Positions 56,400 to 64,000 of a stretch of DNA of 64,000 bases are shown piece after piece. Position numbers and translations under genes: made by a program. The DNA comes from Octopus sinensis (taxonomy: Eukaryota). The number at the start of each line of letters is the position of its first letter. Positions within the stretch are counted from its first letter, which is position 1. Where the stretch lies: NCBI RefSeq assembly GCF_006345805.1, contig NC_043002.1, forward strand, positions 74,338,001-74,402,000, given 5' to 3'. The notes beneath the pieces are model-generated. The model searched no databases. It was not told the origin of the DNA and was given only the letters and a program-made list of their open reading frames with translations.

Positions 56400-56540
56400 A
56401 GTACAGGAAAACCTCCATACTCATTTTCAGTTGATCGGACTGAGGCAACGTGAAATGAAGTGACTTGCTCAAGGACACAAAGCGCAGAGAAGTTCGAAAA
56501 TCGAATCTACAAACTAATGACTACGAGCTCAACACCCAAA
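56400..56540 (-). mobile_element. CORE-type SINE fragment
   Basis: The minus strand reads GTGTCCTTGAGCAAGTCACTT..TTGCCTCAGT, resembling the CORE domain. Confidence 0.55.
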
Positions 56541-56574
56541 CTACTACTACTCTCCACACATTGATCCTAGAACT

Positions 56575-56942
56575 CAATTAGTACTTATTTTATCGACCCC
56601 GAAAGGATTCCAGGTAAAGTCGACTCCGGTGGAATTCGAACTCAGAACGTGAAGACACGAAAAATGCTGCTAAGCACTTTGATCAGCGTGCCAACGAGTC
56701 TGCCAGCTCACTGCCTTTAACGAAACTTAACATTGGTTTCAACAATTTCGGGGGATGAGTTTCGTCGATTACATCGACCACAGTTCTCAACTAGTACTTA
56801 TTTTATCGATCTCCGAAGGAACGAAAGGCAAAGTCGACGATAGCGGAATTTGAACTCAGATCGTGAAGACGGACGAAATGCTACTGAGCATATTTGCCCG
56901 TCATACTAACTATTCTGCCAGCTCACCGCCTTTAACGAGACT
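56575..56942 (-). mobile_element. Two tandem SINE B copies
   Basis: Family B bodies at about 56575-56718 and 56735-56942. Confidence 0.75.
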
Positions 56943-57104
56943 AAATATTATAAGATATTTATTCAAACAGGCGGATTAACACCGATATTCTATCACCTTT
57001 TACTCCGCGAATATGTTACATATTTTACAGGCTTCATTTATATCCAGGGATTTCATCAACACGTAACTAGGGGAGTGAATCTCTAGGAATGTAATCAATA
57101 CAGG

Positions 57105-57320
57105 TGATGGTTGCTCGACCTGAAGAAAATTCTAACTAGGCCCCACCTGCAAGGTCATGCGTTGTTTATCATGATATGAGGTCACCATGTCGCACACATA
57201 TGGTTGTAATGCATGTGTCTGGTGCGTCCTTATCAGACGGGTAGTCATGATGGATAAATAGGGCTTCGTATATTTATACCCTAGCGAGATTTTTATGGTG
57301 TATGCTGCTCTCTCTCATTC
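57105..57320. mobile_element. Partial family E copy
   Basis: Matches the right-hand 210 bp of 32241-32793 and ends at AATAATGATG. Confidence 0.8.
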
Positions 57321-57534
57321 AATAATGATGATGATAACAGCAACATGGCTAAAAGAGACTGATGCAAGTGTGAATGTAGAACACCTACAAAAATCAGCAT
57401 TGCTTGGAACTGCAAGAATTCTTCGCTGAGTTCTTGAAGCATGACCAGTAAACAAGTGTCACCTTAGTCCCTTAATTGTGGACTACTGACACTTTCCATC
57501 ATACCCAGCAAAATAAACTTTGAGTTTTCATCAC

Positions 57535-57593
<59 letters not shown>

Positions 57594-58054
57594 TGTTTCT
57601 AATTAAAGCATAAGGCTAGAAATTTGTGGTATGTGGGTGTTATCGTCTTATATCGGACTAGTACTTTATTTTATCGAGTCTGCAGGAATGAAAGGGAAAG
57701 CTGACTTCGGCGAGGCTTCAACTCAACACGTAAAGAGTCTAAACTAAATAACGCAAGGTTTTTTTGTCCGATTCTACCAATTCAAAATATGGAAATCAAT
57801 ACACATAGCACCCAATGTTGGTATTACATGAAGATGCACAAAAAGAGATAACCCCAATCTTATTGAAGTTACCTGCCTTGGTTTATTCATATATTAACTG
57901 AAATGTCAGCCATCATATGACGGGTAATGTTGGGGATTTACGTTTTTACCAATGTGTCATTCATCGCCAAACAGTAGCATTGTTATTAATGTAGTTTTAT
58001 TCATTGTAAACATACAAATGAGAATTATTTTTACGTAATTTAATTGAATATCTT

Positions 58055-58535
<481 letters not shown>

Positions 58536-59382
58536 GCCACGCTTGTGCCTATATAATATTATCATTTTGAAAATTAAGATTCAGTTTATTGTTTCATATA
58601 GGAATCATGAATACGCACAGGGATGGCAATGAGGCCTAGGGTTCAGTCCCAATGCATGGCACCTCGTGCAATAATCTTCTATATATCCGGGCCGTTTAAT
58701 GCCTTGTGTTGGAATTTCGTATGTATGTATGTATGTATGTATGTATGTATGTATGTGTATGTATGTATGTATGTATGTATGTACGTGTTGTGTATGTCAT
58801 TGTGTTTGTCCCCGGTGTTGGTTTGTCTGCTTCTCTTCAAATGAACGGTTTGACAAAAGGAATCGATAGAATAAGTACCAGACATTAAAAAAAATATACC
58901 GGGGTAGATTTGTTCGACAAAAACCTTTCAAAATAGTACTCCAGCATGGCCACAGGTCAATGACTAAAATGAACGTGAAATTATAAATTACCATACCTAT
59001 GTAATATTACTGGATACTACCCGCTGTGGAAAAAAATGTATTCTCAGCACTGACTGTCATACGACAGTTAACACTATACAATGTAACAATGCACAACAAC
59101 CTTGAGTTGAACATCACTAAACATCGATCAAACTGCTTTTTGAATTCGATGGTGGTTCCCACACAAAAACATCAAACAAACACAAAGAAATTTTCAATAT
59201 TTACTCACTGTGGACATTTTCCTTATGGCTCGCATCTTCAAAAGAAGAAAAGAAAAACAGTTTAAATAAATAGACTTTACATACATACATACATAAAATA
59301 CAAACATCCATCCATACACACATACATACACACACACTATATATGTATATGTATGTATGTGTGTGTGTATATATATAGATAT

Positions 59383-59918
59383 ATCAAAATAAGCAACAAG
59401 GATATCCAGAGGTAATGCAGTACGATCGTTTTATGCAACTCCATTTAATTGAACAATGCAATCATTACATCAATTTAAAATGTAGAGCAATCTTCAGCTG
59501 CACAAAGACATAGAATTTAATTAAATTAGAGCAGATGACACATTAGTATAATTATACCTAAAACTCCAAGAAGTTAAAGAGATAGAACATGTTGTACCTG
59601 CAACAGCATAGCCGTGACTAAAATTTTCAAAAAGACACTGCCTGTCACTGATTTTTTTTTGGTATAATTATACTAATGTGTCCATCTGTTCTAATTTAGT
59701 TAAATTCTATATCTTTGTGCAGCTGAAGATTGCTCTACATTTTAAATTAATGTAATGATTTCATTGTTCAATTAAATGGAGTTGCATGAAACGATCGTAC
59801 TGCATTACCGCTTGATATCCTTGTTGCTTATTTTGATTTTAATCACCTTATTTTGAAATTGTATGGATAATACCGTACTAAATTCTGATGCCTCAACTTA
59901 AGTACCATATTCATCTGA
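59383..59918. mobile_element. Inverted pLTR-like relic, arms 59383-59558 and 59661-59837, flanked by (TA)n
   Basis: Arms of about 177 bp with only scattered differences. Each arm holds an HHR motif. Confidence 0.8.
59718..59804 (+). ncRNA. Hammerhead motif with canonical core and long stem II; a G12A copy lies on the minus strand at 59416-59502
   Basis: Stem I TGCAG/CTGCA, CTGAAGA, 58-nt AU-rich stem II region, GAAA, palindromic ACGATCGT, GUA site. Confidence 0.75.
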
Positions 59919-59941
59919 ATATATATATATATATAATATAT

Positions 59942-59991
<50 letters not shown>

Positions 59992-60028
59992 AAAAAGGAG
60001 ATGTGGAACACGAGTTGTGATATATAAA

Positions 60029-60343
60029 AAAGGAAATGAAGAAAATGCTGACAAAATAATTTAAGTAAGGGAGAGTGTATTTAATTAGGTGAAAGTTCTT
60101 TTTACCGGTTGCGCATTGTTATACTTATCAAAAGATATTTTTTTAAGAGAGATAGAGTTCCTTTCTGATAGATTTTTTTCTCTTATCAGATAAGAGAAAA
60201 AAATCTATCAGAAAGGAACTCTATCTCTCTTAAAAAAATATCTTTTGATAGTATAACAAATGCGCAACCGGTAAAAAGAACTTTCACCTAATTAAATACA
60301 CTCTCCCTTACTTAAATTATTTTGTCAGCATTTTCTACATTTC

Positions 60344-60347
<4 letters not shown>
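60029..60347. repeat. Near-perfect 319-bp palindrome with a 1-nt spacer (60188), next to (TA)n
   Basis: Arms 60029-60187 and 60189-60347 differ by about one substitution and two 1-nt indels. Confidence 0.92.
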
Positions 60348-60383
<36 letters not shown>

Positions 60384-60640
60384 ACACACACATATATATA
60401 TAATAAATAATTGGACAAATACGTATAATTCGATTAGTGTATTTAAATGTTGAGTAGAGCACCGGCACAGTTTAGGCTACCTGTTGTCATCCGCAGTTGT
60501 GGTACAGTTGGATCTACTATAAGAACTCCGCAGTTGCAGTTATAGTAATATTATCAATTAATAGCAGGAGATGGATTTCGTATTAGACTTTTATTAGGTA
60601 CATGTTTCGACCCACCAATCTGGGCCTCTTCATGTACACT

Positions 60641-60735
<95 letters not shown>

Positions 60736-61039
60736 GGTTGTGCAATCGAATACTGCTATTTAAATCAAAATATAAACACATCGTATGAGAGAGAACATGT
60801 ATGCAGGATCAGGCATGCGCACGTACACATTTTCTCTTTTTTGTATAAATGATTATATCATATATCCATATATATATTTAGCCTGTGTTTTGTTTTGTTT
60901 TTTAAAATCGCTTTAGTCTTATTTTACTTTTTTACGTAATTTACTGCACGGATGAATGCCACAAACTCATAGCGTTTCACATTCCCCTCCATGAGTTGAT
61001 ATGGAAGGAGACTGGCTATTGGTTATGGTTAGTGGATGG

Positions 61040-61403
61040 ATGGAAGCACTCCGTCGGTTACGACGATGAGGGTTCCGATTGATCCGACCAACGGAACAGC
61101 CTGCTCGTGAAATTAACGTGTAAGTGGCTGAGCACTCCACAGACACGTGTACCCTTAACGTAGTTCTCGGGGATATTCAGCGTGACACAGAGAGTGACAA
61201 GGCCGGCCCTTTGAAATACAGGTACAACAGAAACAGGAAGAAAGAGTGAGAGAAAGTTGTGGTGAAAGAGTACAGCAGGGATCACCACCATCCCCTGCCG
61301 GAGCCTCGTGGAGCTTTAGGTGTTTTCGCTCAATAAACACTCACAACGCCCGGTCTGGGAATCAAAACCGCGATCCTACGACCGCGAGTCCGCTGCCCAA
61401 ACC
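61040..61403 (-). mobile_element. tRNA-derived SINE, family D, near full length
   Basis: Minus-strand head GGAGGCGCAATGGCCCAGTGGTTTGGGCAGCGGACTC..GGTTTTGATTCCCAGACC followed by a long non-tRNA body. Confidence 0.85.
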
Positions 61404-61929
61404 ACTGGGCCATTGCGCCTCCACTTATGGTTAGTAAGGTTTATGTTTAGCTAGAACTTCAAAAGGTCAGTTGTTGAAGGAAAAGATGGCTGAAAAAAGG
61501 AGTTTCAGCTAGATGTGCCATTATGTGGCTGGTATTATTAGGTAGAATTCTTGGTGCGGTATCGTGATGGATGGGGAAACATCGACACCAGAGTACTTGA
61601 CTGGTACTTTTTTCAAAACCAGCAAGATAAAACGCAAAGTTAACCTCGCTGAGATTTAATTTCAGAAAGTAAAAACCTTAGAATAAATACCAGCAACTGA
61701 CGAAGCAGATCTATGAGCACAAAGTATTTCAATCGCGACCAAGCCATTACTTGCGGAGAGGACATCTTGATGCAGAGTATAAAGTTATTAAATAAAGAGA
61801 GAGAGGAAGGGGGACAGTACAATTCCAGTCTGAGTTGTGACTATGACTGTTTGGTAATTTGTAGTCCACATAGGACGTCATCACAGATGGGAAGGCTTAC
61901 AGAATAAAGGACAAAACTTCTTTCCGGTC

Positions 61930-62120
61930 TCCTCACTTTCTGTGTTGCATATATTCCTCCTGGACGGGACGTTGGTCTATCGCAGTATTACTCATTTTTG
62001 CCAACTGAATGGACTGGAGCAACGTGAAACGAAGTCTTTTGTTCACGAACACAACGAATTTTCCAGTCCAGGGATAGAAACCACAATCTTCCGATCCTGA
62101 GTCCAACGCCCTAACCACAA
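61930..62120 (-). mobile_element. CORE-type SINE
   Basis: tRNA-like head GTGGTTAGGGCGTTGGACTC followed by CORE-like TTTCACGTTGCTCCAGTCCA. Confidence 0.6.
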
Positions 62121-62716
62121 TAATAAAGCTTAGCGTTTGTAGAAAGTGTTGTTGTTGTTGATTAGCCTCGTTATACAATGTCAGAATTTCCGATCATGAG
62201 GGTCCCGCTGTTCCATCAACAAAAATCCTAAGTTGGTTGAATTAGCACGTACCTGAGTATTCCTTTAATGTAATTCTCAGGCGAAATCAACGTGACTGTC
62301 CCGGGTCTTTGCACTGCAGTATAATTATCCGATGGTTCCTAACATATATGCTGCTTTAATTTTCTGATTGAAAAAACTTCACCTTTCGCTATCGTTAGTG
62401 TATATACATTAAATATGAGACATATATGGCTATTTTAATTAAATACTGCCTCAGTTGTGAGCACCGGATGTTCATTCAGTCGGACGGCTATTGTCAACAT
62501 CAGAGAAGACGAATTCTCATCCAAGTATGTGGCTGGCTGCGAGTACGCACCATTAAAAAAAGCCCCAAAAGACCAGAAATGCACCCGAAGTCTCGCTGGC
62601 TTCTGATGCGACAAATTTTTATCACTCTTTGCAATTTATAGTTTTTAACACAGTACGTCCATAAGAGATGTTATCTCATAACAAATGGTGTAACTAGCCT
62701 ATCGACATTAAGTATG

Positions 62717-62754
<38 letters not shown>

Positions 62755-62858
62755 TTATGAATAAGGATAATATCGATATTATCAAGTGGCCAGCATGGGA
62801 AAAAATACCATACAAAGGTAATAATTTTTTACAACTCAGACACCCTTATTTTTAGTTT

Positions 62859-62911
<53 letters not shown>

Positions 62912-62949
62912 CAAAACCAATACACTAAAATAATAGCACCTCAGTCATG

Positions 62950-63158
62950 GACAGATTCAATGTCATGAAGAACGATAAGTTGTATAAAACAACACAATTC
63001 CACAAATTCTGTCCGTCGACCAGAACCCACTTCTGGTAAGACCTTGGGATTTTACAGAAAGATCCACTGCCATTGACAAAAGAGAAAATAAATAACCTTA
63101 ATGTAAGCATGGGACGCTGTAGCGGAGTGCATGCGCGCACACGCACACACACACACAG

Positions 63159-63239
<81 letters not shown>

Positions 63240-63900
63240 AAAAGCTGAGCAACGTATTCTACCAGTATTGAGAATTGGATTATATAATGACGATGGCCCA
63301 GTAATCTCCAAAATATTACTGATACAAATAAGATACGTTCAGAAAAAAACTATGTGCTAAATCCCTTCAACTAAAACAACTCACCTATAGAAAGTAACCT
63401 TCGTATAACATTTAATCTAACAATAAGAAAATACTAACCTGCTAGAAAACCGAAGTACCTGCTAGAAAACCAAGCCACCCATCTTGGGTAATGAAGAATG
63501 TACTCAGCAGTATAAACTAGATAGTCCCCACAATATCACTCGACAAAACGAAATATTTATTCAAGTAGCACCATTTTATATTTAAACCATAAAGCGAGCG
63601 GCTCTATTTTCGTCATATTAGTGAACCATAAACGAAATAAAACCAATGGAAGAGATATCACCTGGTTCAACCCGCTTTTTCATGTAAACAGATAGACAAA
63701 CATGGTAAAAAGTTCCCAAGACTAACCACAAAAAGACTACTTATTCGGCCATAGATACAAGCTTTTCAATACGAACAACACGAGCTGTTACCTATAGGTG
63801 CACAAGAAACCAAACACACACCATCCAAGCTATAAACTACCACATATCAAGAAACCTACAGGCCACAGCCACAAAAAAAAAGCGAAAAAAAAAACTGGTG
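62950..63900 (+). pseudogene. Heavily decayed PLE RT of a different lineage, interrupted by (CA)n
   Basis: Fragments FCPS..LLVRPWDF...TAIDKRE, NVSMG, LEKLS..IGLYNDDG, RDITWFNP, YKLFNTNN..VTYRC match, in order, the GLYRDDG/WFNPP type of PLE RT as I recall it. Confidence 0.6.
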
Positions 63901-64000
63901 CCACAGCATCGGATGAAAAAAAGGAAATTATACAAGATGATAATCAATCAAATAGCTTATAACGCAAATATGGCTTATATACACCTGTCTTCTTCACAGT

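Noticed and set aside
60597-60640. Minus-strand ATGAAGA-GGCCC/GGGTC-GAAA-CATG-TA motif
   Set aside because: Probably an HHR relic, but position 3 is A against G8 and stem I cannot form, so it is not counted as a ribozyme.
61330-61403. tRNA-like sequences (also the heads of SINE A and SINE B)
   Set aside because: They run straight into SINE bodies and lack a complete cloverleaf, so they are SINE heads rather than tRNA genes.
62450-62620. Short open frames on both strands with a GTATGT donor-like site
   Set aside because: Weak acceptor and no recognisable protein similarity.

Overview
AT-rich, microsatellite-dense animal genomic DNA. It is most likely octopus, inferred from the SINE and repeat families. 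I found no convincing host-gene exon. Nearly all ORFs in the track are translations of microsatellites or SINEs. The window is a transposon landscape: many tRNA-derived SINEs, a decayed RTE LINE (15.1-17.6 kb), R4/Dong-like fragments at (AAT)n, mariner, hAT and Helitron remnants, and several Penelope-like elements (PLEs). Two PLEs encode RT plus a C-terminal GIY-YIG endonuclease. One is 5'-truncated (19.2-22.1 kb). The other looks full length and very young (48.7-54.3 kb). The most notable signal is a set of minimal hammerhead-ribozyme (HHR) motifs in PLE pseudo-LTRs and in short palindromic pLTR-like relics. Seven different sequence families carry one. The 3-8 core pair appears as C-G, U-A and G-C. 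In each family the motif has a palindromic stem III and lies about 75-120 nt upstream of a (TA)n or (CA)n tract. The young PLE also has five CCAAT/CRE modules with fixed spacing. All alignments and folds were done by eye, SINE boundaries are approximate, and ribozyme activity is inferred rather than shown.
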